A DNA stretch of 64,000 bases. Source: the human T2T-CHM13v2.0 reference genome, Homo sapiens. The notes beneath the pieces are model-generated. The model ran no database searches, was not told the DNA's origin, and was given only the letters and a program-made list of their open reading frames with translations. The translations under genes and the position numbers were made by a program. The stretch is taken from the NCBI RefSeq assembly GCF_009914755.1, contig NC_060928.1; one strand, given 5' to 3'. Shown in pieces: positions 52,966 to 64,000 of the stretch. How positions within the stretch are numbered: position 1 is the first letter of the stretch; each line of letters begins with the position of its first letter.

Positions 52966-55900
52966 GAAACTTTTAAAATCATGTCCCTGATACTAATTAC
53001 TTTCTATTTCATGACACATTTTAATAAAGTTTCTTAATTTAAAATTGCACAAGATTTAGGGCAGCCTTTATTTTCTTTAGTAGTCATTTTCCACTTAGTC
53101 ATACAGTACTTCAGTGTTAGTGATTTCACAAATGTATATATATGCCTCCTCTGCTTATTTTAAGCTTCTTTAAGAGTTAGACTAACTTCACATACTTCTT
53201 TTTAATTCTCTATAATATCTCCATAGTGGCTAATTGGTAAATACTTATTGCTTGATGTTTAGACAGTCTAAATATTTCATTTCTCTGTGAAATATTCTTC
53301 TTATAATAAGCCAATAGAAAATTAAAGTTGTCATAAGAAAACAAATCTAAAGAGAAAAAGAAATGTGTCCAAAGGTCATGTTTGATGCATGCTAGATGTG
53401 TTCTAGACCAGTATCTTCAACAATTTTTTGTGAAAATAATCCTATTACAGTTTCCTGAAGATCTTTGAATAGAAGAGTATCAACACTAGAATCTTCCTAG
53501 CTAGTAATCTTGCCAGTCTTGCATGTGGGTGGGAAATAACCAACCAGCTTGAATGCAGGTAACAGTTTATAATCTAAGAGACTATCTCAAACTGCCTTGG
53601 AAACCTAGTCTAAAATTAGCACCATGCCAAACATGGTGGATGTTTGTATTATTGTTTCTGATTTGAGAGATGAAAACATAACTCCAAACTCAAGAGGCAG
53701 CAGGAAATATGGACAGAAATTCAAACCAATTTTGATGATTGCATTTGCCACCAACAAGCTGAATAAACTAAGCTGCTTTCCTGATACATGGAGCTTCAGT
53801 AAAAGGTACAGATAAATAACTCCCTTAACTTCACAGGGATGCTGTAAAGATTAATGTGATAATATATTATCATTGACCCTGTAATAGGCGCCTAGGAAAT
53901 TATGTTCTTGCCATGATTAAAAGATTACTTATGAGGAGCACCTACTTTCTATTCCTTCTATAGCCATCTGGGTTTTGAGGGCATCCAATTATTACAAATA
54001 TAAATTGAGATATGTTTAAAGATATAAAGTATAGATATTGTTTGTTCTTCAGATCAGTAATTATATATTATACTGCTGCTACTGCAACTAAACTATAAAA
54101 TCATACTAATACATTTGTGTGAATTAACAAATAAAACATTAAGTAAATCAATTATTGTTATTTATTATATTGAACTTCAAAATAGACTAACTTTCCTTAA
54201 GATGCAGTTAGAAAAATTATCGGCAAGGCAAAAATTGCCTAATAAATTTTATTTTTACATATGGAGAAAATCTTTTCTCCATCAAATAGTCTTATTTCGT
54301 TCAATGAACTTGAAGAGTAAAACCATCACTTAAAAGTGAATTAAATGGTAGTCATAAAATTTTCTCCAAATCTGCCAAATAAATGACCACATGAAAAGAA
54401 CTACAGGATACATTTATGAGTCAGTAAATTTAATACTGTCATTGAGAAAATATGGATATATAATGTTGATCTACTCCCAAAGCATATATTTTAGAAACTT
54501 TGTGGGTTAATTTCAGTGCCTGCTCCAAGAGGAGTTGCATTTATGCCCATAATGTATAACATAGTTATTATAAGTACTGAGAAATATTTTTTTCCCTGAA
54601 AGCCAATCTACTGAGTCATCTAGGCTGGTCTGAAGTACTCAGATCTGCATACTGTTTCCTTCCAGTTAGTGGAAGAGCAGCCAGACTCTCAATGCCATTC
54701 CCTCCAGCTCTGTCACTCACTCTGAAGTTGAGAGGGAAGATGAAGCCAGGCTGACTCCGGTCAGCAGTGCAATGGTGAGGTTCACCAACATCATTGTTCA
54801 TCGCATCTTGACTGAGAGACACAGGGGAAAAAAAACAGATCCAAAGCCTTCCCATGCGACAAGCAAAGCAAGCAAAAACAATTTTAATGATGGAAAATAT
54901 TTACTTCATTTTTTTTCTTTTTGCTTAATCAGATCTATTAACACAATTCAAAGATAAGAGACAATGAAGGGTTAAGACAAAAAACCCATCTGTTGGACCA
55001 TGCAAGTTGCCACCTTTGATGGGCAGAAGCTCTGTGCATATCCTCAATTATTTTCAAGTGAATGACTAAGAGCATAATGGAGAGATATATGACTTTATTT
55101 ACAAGGCAATGGGCACTTTCATCTGACGCTAGGGTACTATTACATGATATACATATTCAACTCAATGGGATTTTATCATATGTATTTTGATGGGAAAGAA
55201 AGAGAAAAAGAAGGTAAAGGAAAGAAAAGAAGTAGAAAAGAAGACTTATCCATTAAATTGATACTGATATTCAGCTTGTACAGTCGTTCAGTGTGCAAAT
55301 ATTCCAGAACTAGAATAAATTGCACAAATTGGGAGCCCAGAATCTGCCTTCTGCCGGCATCTTGGTTGCCATATGCCTCAAAAAGCCTTAGCAGCTCATC
55401 CCGTTAAATGTGTTTAAAGACCTCATTTTTGGATCAACATAGCCTATGTGAAGAAGCCAACTCCTTTATCAGGGGTTCAGCTGAATATACAGTGATCAAT
55501 TCCAATGCTGGAGGAAACACTGACTTTGCTCAATTTGGTGAGAGAAGGTCTCTTACATGGCACCCACCAAAGGGAGTTCCAAGGGTAATTTCAAAATATC
55601 CAATTTTCTTCTTGTTTATGCTCTGACTTTATAAACTAACCTTCATGTGAGGGGCACCTTCATTTTATTTCCAAGTGTTCTCAGTTAATACAGCCTTTTT
55701 GCAGAAGATGGTAGCCCAACAACAGCTCATAAATGAGAAAGAGCTGTGAAGGTAACAGATGCAAAGCTGTATGCAGAATAAGGCATGGAGCAAAAGGAAA
55801 AGGGTGCAAGAGAAAGAAAAAGCAAAACCAAAAAGTGGAAAGCATAAAAAGGGAAGCCAACAGTAAAAATGGGCACATGGATTGAATTTTGTAGGCCTTC

Positions 55901-58900
55901 CAGTACCCTTGACCCATGTAGAATTGTTCAAAATATACACTTTATTTGTGTCTGTGATTGTACTTTAATGTCTGAACTTGCCATACTCAAGTTGACCTGA
56001 GGTTTGAAATACTAGCCTTTCATTAATCTAATTGTACTCCCAATATTTAAATAATTGTTGAAGGAATTCATAAGTTCTCCCATGTTGAATCACTCTTTGA
56101 CTAAAGGAATTCATTAGGTTTTTCTTTCTTTCGGCTTCTCTTAATGAAGTTATATTGGAAATAAAGTTCATTTATGAATAGGAAGAGGTAGAAAAATTAT
56201 GTGGAATTGGACAGCACATAAAGATAGAGATCAGAAAGTCTTATTTTTCAAAATTATTTTGAAGATTTTCATAATGTTTTATTCATTATAGTAATTTTTT
56301 TATTTACCATACACTGGCCCACCTAAGCAGCATCAACTGAGGACACAATGCTTGGCTGGATTCCCATGAGCGAACTTTTACTGGATAACAAATGCTTATT
56401 TTAAAGACTGATGCAACTCTTTATCCGTTAACCTAATGCAAATTGAAACGTTAGTAGGTATCCAGGAATAAGCTAGGTGGAGTCGAAACATATAAGAAAA
56501 ATAAACAACACATTTTCTTTACCCTAAGAATATCCATTATTGTCTGGGGCAAACCAAGTGAAGATAGAAGAAACAGAAAATAGAAGATTACTATCACATT
56601 GCTGTATTATGCCTTTCTTGCGACGAGTGCTATCGGACTTCAGAAATGGGAGATTAACATGTAGGCTCCAAGGGCCAGAATCAACTTCATGAAAAAAGTG
56701 GAATTTTAATTGGGCATTGAATAACGGGTAGAATGCGACTAATCAGTGAAATGAATACAGGGGCTTTCCAGACTGAAGAAAATGTCTTAACAGAAAGCAC
56801 AGAATGGTTATAGGCAGTGTTTGGAGAGAGTGGGAAATGGACAGCAGAGCTGGCAGACATGGGGAGGAGGTTCAGGTTTGAGGGTACCCAAAAGGAACTG
56901 TGAACAGTTTTATTTGTGGCAAGATACAACTTGCTGTGGCTATAGTTTCTTTTTATATCCAAATAAAATACCATGATCCAATCTCAGCTGTGAGAAAGCC
57001 TGCACCCTTCTCCATTTCCTGAGGGTTCCAGGGCAGGAGTGCTGATGTTCTCCTGCACCTACCTCTGCCATCCTCTCCATCTTACTTCTGCTTCTCCTTC
57101 CACATCTTTCCTTTTACAATACCTATTTACTTCTACATCTCCTGAACCTTCTAGGTACTACCTGGCTCTGTGCATAGACGCAGCCTGTCCCCTTCATTGC
57201 TGGAACCACCACTAATTCAAAGTGGTGCAGAATATAATATTCTATAAGGTACAGAATATTACATTCTAACTGAAGATTAGGGGAATTATACAGAGGTATT
57301 GGGGGGATATTACAGCAAAATGGCAAACAGCCTAGGATTGATAAATATGACTATTAAAATTTTTTAGCCATCTCTATCCCAAGACATTTTTTAGAAAGCC
57401 TTATTCTTGCTCAGAATCCAGCTGGCCACAATTTCCTGATGTCTCTGTGTGTCTGTGAGTGTGAGTGTTTGTATATAATGTGTTTGTCTCAATTTCCATA
57501 TTCTCCTATTTCTAGAATACACCACTACTTCTACCCCTAAAACCAGCAAGGCTCAAAGGCAAACTTCTTGACACTTGATACTTCAGAGTAATTTTGTTCT
57601 TCTGTCTCCACTTCCACCCTGGACCAGTCTTGGGGACCTAATTTTGAATAATCTAAAAATTTCATCAGTGTGTTTTCCTAAACAAAAGAGCATCTACTCC
57701 AGAGATGAATTCTGCTATTCTCCTATAATGCAGAAAACAGCTGCAGCCATTTCTATATTTTAGTGATTTCTTTTTCTTGCCTGTTACATATTATTTAAGC
57801 TTGATTAGCTAAGCAAATCACTCAGGTTCAGGAGCAAGGAAGAGGCATAACAAAGAAAATTTTTTAGGACGGCAAAGCTCATATGAAGAAGGCTCTGGAC
57901 AGTGCTTGGTTAATACTTGGGGAAAAAACAAAACGACCTTCCCTTTGTTTTGTTTTGTTTTTTTGTCTTTCGCCATATTCAACAAAATAAACTCTAGCAA
58001 ATAAAAAGAAAATCACTATATGAAAGCAAGGCGATAGCACTGAAAGTGCGGAGTGGGAAAAACTGGCTACGTAGATAGCATAGTTCTATTATTTTCACAA
58101 AATATTTTGCCCTTCACTGGTGACCCTTTGCATCTGTTGCATGTGGTGCTGAGCCAGGGACATTACGAGAGTCAATGGGGATAAAGTAACAGACTCCAGT
58201 TCCCTAATGGGAGAGAAGCCCTCATTTGTGCTGTTGTAAATGTGCATTCTGAAGACTTACAAAACCATTTAGATTTTTTGAAGCTTTTAGATTTCCCTGA
58301 AAATCACCAAACCGCCATCTTAATTTGTGCAATTAGTCTGTGTTTAGGAAGTGTGTTGACAGCAGTCTTTTTGAAAAGGGAGGTATGTGTGAGTAAATAG
58401 TTCAATTTGTCCTTTACAGGTCCTGGGAAGAACATTCAACTGTGAGGCTCGTTTGACAGAAGCTGTATTTAGGGTGTTTTCCCTGAATGCAGCTGCAAGA
58501 TTAGAACCTGGATAAAAACCCAGGAGTATAAAATGTTCAACTGCCAGCAGGCACCATACCTAGGCAGGGTCAAGGCCCCAGACAAATGACACTGTGCCAG
58601 GTCCATCTGCCCCTCTCTTAGTCACTTGGATAAAATCTAGGTAAGATGAACTTTGCTGGCAGCCTTGATCAATGAAACTGGAGCACAAATATCACAATCT
58701 GTTATCAGTAGATAGAAGTGGTTTTGGGTCCAAGCCAATCTCCAAGGGGAGGACCTGAGATTCACAGGCTGGTGGTAATTTTTATGTCAGTGACCAGGTA
58801 GTTATGCCCTTTCCTTTTTCCCAAAGCTCTGAATCACAGAATCCACTAAGGGGCAGCTCTGTGGTCAAGAATGAACTTGGCACAAAACTTCGGCCACCTG

Positions 58901-60224
58901 TTATTCTCAAGGCACAGCCAAGGAGGCAAGATGTGGGCAAAGACTAGATGTCCCTTGCCATAATAAGACCTTTTCCTGCAGGCAGCCCTTGACTTTCCTC
59001 ATCAACAGTGAGACTACAGCCAGCCTGCTTTGTCCATTTGTTAAAGCAAAGTATGAATTGCTACTCTTTATTGTCCTGAAAAGTCACTCTCTTTGGTAAT
59101 GCCTATGTGTATCAGGTGCTTGGCTATGATTGAACAGCTTTTTCTGTAGAGAAGGAAGCACCACCTTGTATTCCCACTAAATGTCTTGGTCTGCCTCTGG
59201 TGCACACTATCCCATGATGGATGCATGTATAAATTCAAACTGCATGTCTTTTATGAGTTGCATGCTGTTTCTCCAGCCTTTTTTTTTTTATATAGCATCC
59301 TCCTGCTTGCAATGAAACAAGCGTATTGGGTTTTATATGGTTATTAAATTTCACATAAGACAAACTATACAAAGGCTTTTTATGTAGCTGTAGACCTCTT
59401 CACAATACCTTTTTTTTTCCTCTCACCACTGCCACACCCCCTAACTCCCCATTCTATTTTCTTCTTTTTTCCTCTGGTCTTGAAACTTCTTATTCAAAAT
59501 ATTCTGGAGACTTCCATTTTTCTTTTTCTGCCTGTTTCTTGCTTGCTTTTATGAATTCAATGTATGGGAATCATTCTTTTTAACTATGGAGGAGCACATG
59601 AATGAAGGTCTATAATGACAACATCTGTCTTTCCTAAACAGATGTTGGGATAATCCCTGATTGCACACTTAGTATTTAGGTCAGTATAACCCAACATTCA
59701 CCCTGAGAGTGAGGGTCCTCTGGTGTTCCTAGGGCAAAGGCAGATATTTGATTATCTCAACTATACGTTATTCTTGATGGTAAACCTCATTTTTGAACAC
59801 AAAGGTGCTAATCTACCATCTACTGTACAACAATATTTAGTTGTATGTATTATACTATAAATTAGGTAGCACACAAAGCCAGTGTCCACATTATGACATT
59901 TGTTTACAAAATAATGTGCATAGATAGGTCCTATATTATCTTGAGGTATATTTCTTTATGCAATAAGTCCAGATAAACATTCCACTACATTACATGCTAT
60001 CCTAATTCACAGTAGTCAAATATTCCCAAAGGCTTTTGGGGGTTTAAGTTAATCCATGGTTAATCATGACCTTCACATGAAAACTTGGCTCTAGTATTAT
60101 TTCCCAAAGAAAACTACAATATACCAGCCATACTTTGCCAACACCAGAATGCTTACGACATGATGAACAAGTTGCACATATACCCTTACGAACAAGTCAA
60201 AGAGTTGTAATTCAGATGGCAGGC

Positions 60225-62120
60225 TGGGAATGTATTATTCTGAAGAATGTAATTCAAGATGCCTGGGAAATATGAAGCACGGGTCATCCCAAACTACACA
60301 CTCAGGAAAAACAGCCTTTAGAGGGAAGCAATGCTTGAGCAGAAACCTGTATGAAAGGAGGGCACCAGACATGGAAATACCTAGGGAAGAGGACAAGAGG
60401 CATAAGGAACAGCAAACACAAAGTACCTTATATGAGAATGAGTGTGGAAACAGGAAGGAGGACCATGTGGCTAGAGCGGAGTCCGCTGGGGAGAAGGTGG
60501 AAGGAAATGAGGTCAGGAAAGTAGCCAAAGGCAAGATCAGGGTCTTGTAGACCTTTAAAAAACATCTTGAATCTTACTCTAAATGTGGAAAGCACAAGTA
60601 AATGAGAGCAAAGGAATGATAAATAAAGACCAAGATAATACAATAATTATGTTACAATGTAATGAGTAAGAGCTATTTAAAAATATAATCCCAGAAAAGA
60701 AAATGCCTAATATTTCTTAGGAAACCAAGGCAAGTAAAACTGGCTTTGATCTTGAAGTACTTGGCTGAGAAAGGGGAAAATGTGTTTCAGACTGAGGCAA
60801 CAGTTATGTGCAGAGACAACAATACACATAAAAGTAGAGGAGGAAAAATTGCCGTAATATATTCAGACAACCCTTGAAATAGTCAATCTGGTTGGAGAAT
60901 GGGAGGAAGTGGCATAAGGTAAGGTTAGTATCAGATCTTCAGTGTCCCTGTATGTCTCCCTAAGGAATCTGGACCTCAGGCAGCAGGCTAGGGAAACACT
61001 GAAATATTTTAAGCAAGGAAGTTATGCAGCATGATCATAGTTTTATTTTGGAATAATAAATCTGTCTGTAGTGTGAAGAATTAATTGAAGCACAGGGGAC
61101 TATCTGAGGTCAGGACTACCAGCTGGATAACTTGAAATCTATTTGAGTAAGAAGAAATGAACTAGGGCAATGACAGTAAAGATAAATATATTGGAGGGTT
61201 ATTTGGAAGGTATGGCCTCACAACTAGATGTGAGTGGTAAAACTGAAGGCTGTCAAGCATAATTTCTTGGCTCATGGTTTGAGGAATTGAGTCTATGGTG
61301 ATATCATTACCCAATATAGAATGGAGGATCAGGTTTGAGCCTAGAGGTATTTTCAGATTTAATAAAAAATGTAATCTGTGAAATAGAGGAGATACTCAAT
61401 GGAACAAAGACCTAGGGAAGGTAAGAGAAAACACAGATAAGAGCATAGGTCTAACAGCTTTGGCAAAGGATGAGGGACAGCTTATTAAGTAGAAAAATAT
61501 GTAGTGGTTGATGAAAACCTGGGTAAATTCAGAAATGGAAGGGGAAAAAATGTTAAGGGAGTTCAGTCTGAATTACCCCTTTCTCTATGTGTGTGTATTT
61601 GGATGCATACACATATAAATATGTATGGTATGTGCATGTGTGTACATATGTATACATTATTAAGTGTAGATTATGTATACGTCAATATAATTATATAGAC
61701 ACACTAAGAGAAAAGGCTTTGTAGAAGATAAGTTAGATAAAACAGTTTCAAAAGGATGGATGACTTTGCACAGAACAAAAATAAAAAATGATGCTGAAAT
61801 TTCAAGCCTAGATGGTTAAGTATGGTATCATCCTTTGAAGAAGCTGAGGAAACAATTTGGGTACCAGCTTATTGGTAGGAGAGGGTAAATTATTAATTTA
61901 ATTTCAGACATGTTGAATTTGAGATGATGGTAAGTATTCAAAATATATATGTTCACTAAAAAATTGAAATTGCACTATTGGAGCATAAATGGGTAGTCTG
62001 AGCAAAGTGGATAAATTTGCAAAAAAGGTAATGGTTGAAGCTGTAAAGTTATATGGGTTATCAGAAGCAAAAAGAGAAAATGGTGAAGGAGAAACCCTTG
62101 GACAATTATCTCCCTTTAAC
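60225..62120 (-). mobile_element. Cluster of L2 relics with a TA/TG low-complexity tract (~61585-61700)
   Basis: 'gaccatgtggctagagcg...gaaatgaggtcag', 'ttttaagcaaggaag', 'agacatgttgaatttgagatg' antisense L2 motifs. Confidence 0.7.
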
Positions 62121-63677
62121 AATTGCCTTCCTAGTCAGTGAGATGAAAAAGTCAAGAAGTTGGATATAACTTCTCCGGTGACTCCAAAGTCATTCGTCAC
62201 CTCAGAGTCCTGAACTGGCTCTATGCTGGTTAATTACTTAAGGAAAAGTCTTCCTGAAGAAATCACTTAAGGAGGCAGGTGTCTTACACCAAATTAATTC
62301 CATACTGAGAATTGATGAAAACAGGATGGGGAATGCTTACTCACAGGAGAGTGTGTTAAGAATATCAGTAGGAGGGTCTATGCAGAACAACAAAAATAGG
62401 AAATGGAGAATAAGGCCATAAACATTGTAAATTGCTGAATTTTTCAAAAGGACAACAAAATACAAAAATGGCATTCTGTGGCAGAAGATACGTTATGTAA
62501 ACATGAATGTTCACCTCCATCACGGACAGGGTAAATTAGCCATGCTAAAATGAATCATTTACACAGAGATTTCTCCAATATGAAGTTAAGTTTACAGATT
62601 GTAGATTCCAGAAAAAGACAACTAACCCATATTCCAGTAATGGTGACAACCACATTTTCTCCATTCATCGTCCTTACCCCAGTGCCACCAAGTATCTGCC
62701 ACGGTCTCCGGAAACACTGATCTGGCTTCTTGGAACATGAACTTGTCTGGGATAACTGCCCTTGCGAAAGAGGATTGGCTCATTCTCCAATTGGATGACT
62801 GCAGGGCCAGGACTGTGAAAATCTCATGTGTCCCATTAATTCTCTGAAATCTTTAAAAGGTTAGAAACATCAGAGTCTTGGAAATAAGTTAACATGCGAC
62901 TGAAGAAAGTATACAGAACTTTTTGAAAGACAGTCCAGGTTACAGCTGCTGATGAAACCCCAATGCCATCAGTCACCAAAAATATCTCTGGCAGAGGCTG
63001 TGCAGAATATGAAACTGTGGAAAGCTAGATTCTTTTAAGCATACAGATAAAAATAATTAAAGTTTGGACTTTATTATTTCTGATCTTTAACTTGCAAAGT
63101 GTTATATCTATAGCTTTATTTCTCTTCATAAATTTATTAGTAGGATAGTTTATATTCAGATGGAAACATTTCTGTGTTTTACATGTTGTACTACTGGATT
63201 GTCCTTGTATACTTTACTATTGAAGTATCTTAATGCTGTCACTTCATCTGATAAATAAATTTCCTGCAAGCTCCATTGACAGTGTGGCTGGCCAAAATTT
63301 GGAGTGAAAAATATAACAGGAAGGGCGGTGTCAACTTTGGTTAAAAAGGCTGACCTTGAAGTTGATTATATGATGTACATTCCCAAACCATTTCATAACT
63401 TTATGAGGTGAGTATAAGTCACAAAGTTGGTCCAAGGATAAAACCTGAAAATATTCAGGTTGCCATTGAAGGAGTAGCCTCATAAGGATAAAAGCAGTGT
63501 AATCTTATCTTGGTAGAGGCCAAAAACCTCTCATGTAGCAGATAACAGATAACCACATTTTTATTGCATAGGCTTAGTAGGTAAACTCAATGGGCTAAGA
63601 GGACAAAAATTTGAAGAGTTTTAGGAAAGAGACCATCTTGTTCACTTTTCGACTCCTGATTCCTATAAAAAGAGATG

Positions 63678-64000
63678 TCTATGTGTCTAATTTTATGCCA
63701 CTACCATCCTGCCATGCTGTTTTGGTTACTATAGCTCTGTAGTATAATCTGAAGTAAGATAATGTGATTCCTCTGGTTTGGTTCTTTTTGCTCAGAATAG
63801 CTTTGACTATTCTGGGCCTTTTGTGGTTCCATATAAATTTTAGAACTGTTTTTTCTATTTCTGTGAAGACTGTCATCGGTATTTTGATAGAGATTGCATT
63901 GAATATGTAGATCATTTTGGGTAGTATGGACATTTTAATATTGATTCTTCAAATCCAAGAGAATGAAATATCTTTCCATATTTTTGTCCTCTTGAATTAC
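63678..64000 (-). mobile_element. L1 (L1MA/PB-like) ORF2 fragment running off the window
   Basis: Peptide [42 protein letters not shown]...[11 protein letters not shown] matches L1 ORF2. Confidence 0.93.

Noticed and set aside
58843-58856. CTCF-like CCACTAAGGGGCAG (also CCAGCAGGGGGAG at 7220)
   Set aside because: Each mismatches a highly conserved core position
62640-63070. Possible old LTR relic
   Set aside because: No termini, TSD or diagnostic motif that I could identify with confidence

Overview
AT-rich mammalian non-coding DNA (intronic or intergenic). AluS/Y/J elements and a 5'-truncated SVA show it is primate and most likely hominoid or human. I see no credible protein-coding gene, RNA gene, CpG island or CRISPR array. 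The ORF track consists of chance ORFs or translations of Alu, L1, LTR and SVA remnants. Much of the window is interspersed repeat: a 5'-intact but internally deleted L1MC-type LINE (~6.8-11.9 kb), an antisense L1ME (~47.7-51.7 kb), a MER52-type ERV1 solo LTR, several MaLR LTRs, eight Alus, hAT MITEs, and many MIR and L2 relics. Repeat family names come from my recollection of consensus sequences, not from a database search. The most notable structures visible directly are: (i) a 257-bp copy of nearby DNA inserted at an apparent L1 deletion junction 2.6 kb downstream, with reciprocal CpG decay between the copies; (ii) a ~120-bp inverted repeat inside the MER52 LTR; (iii) a duplication plus fold-back scar in a MER63; (iv) an AP-1/TEAD/RUNX/GATA motif cluster near the SVA; (v) a few candidate + strand splice signals. 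I found no convincing evidence of a new multi-gene biological system.
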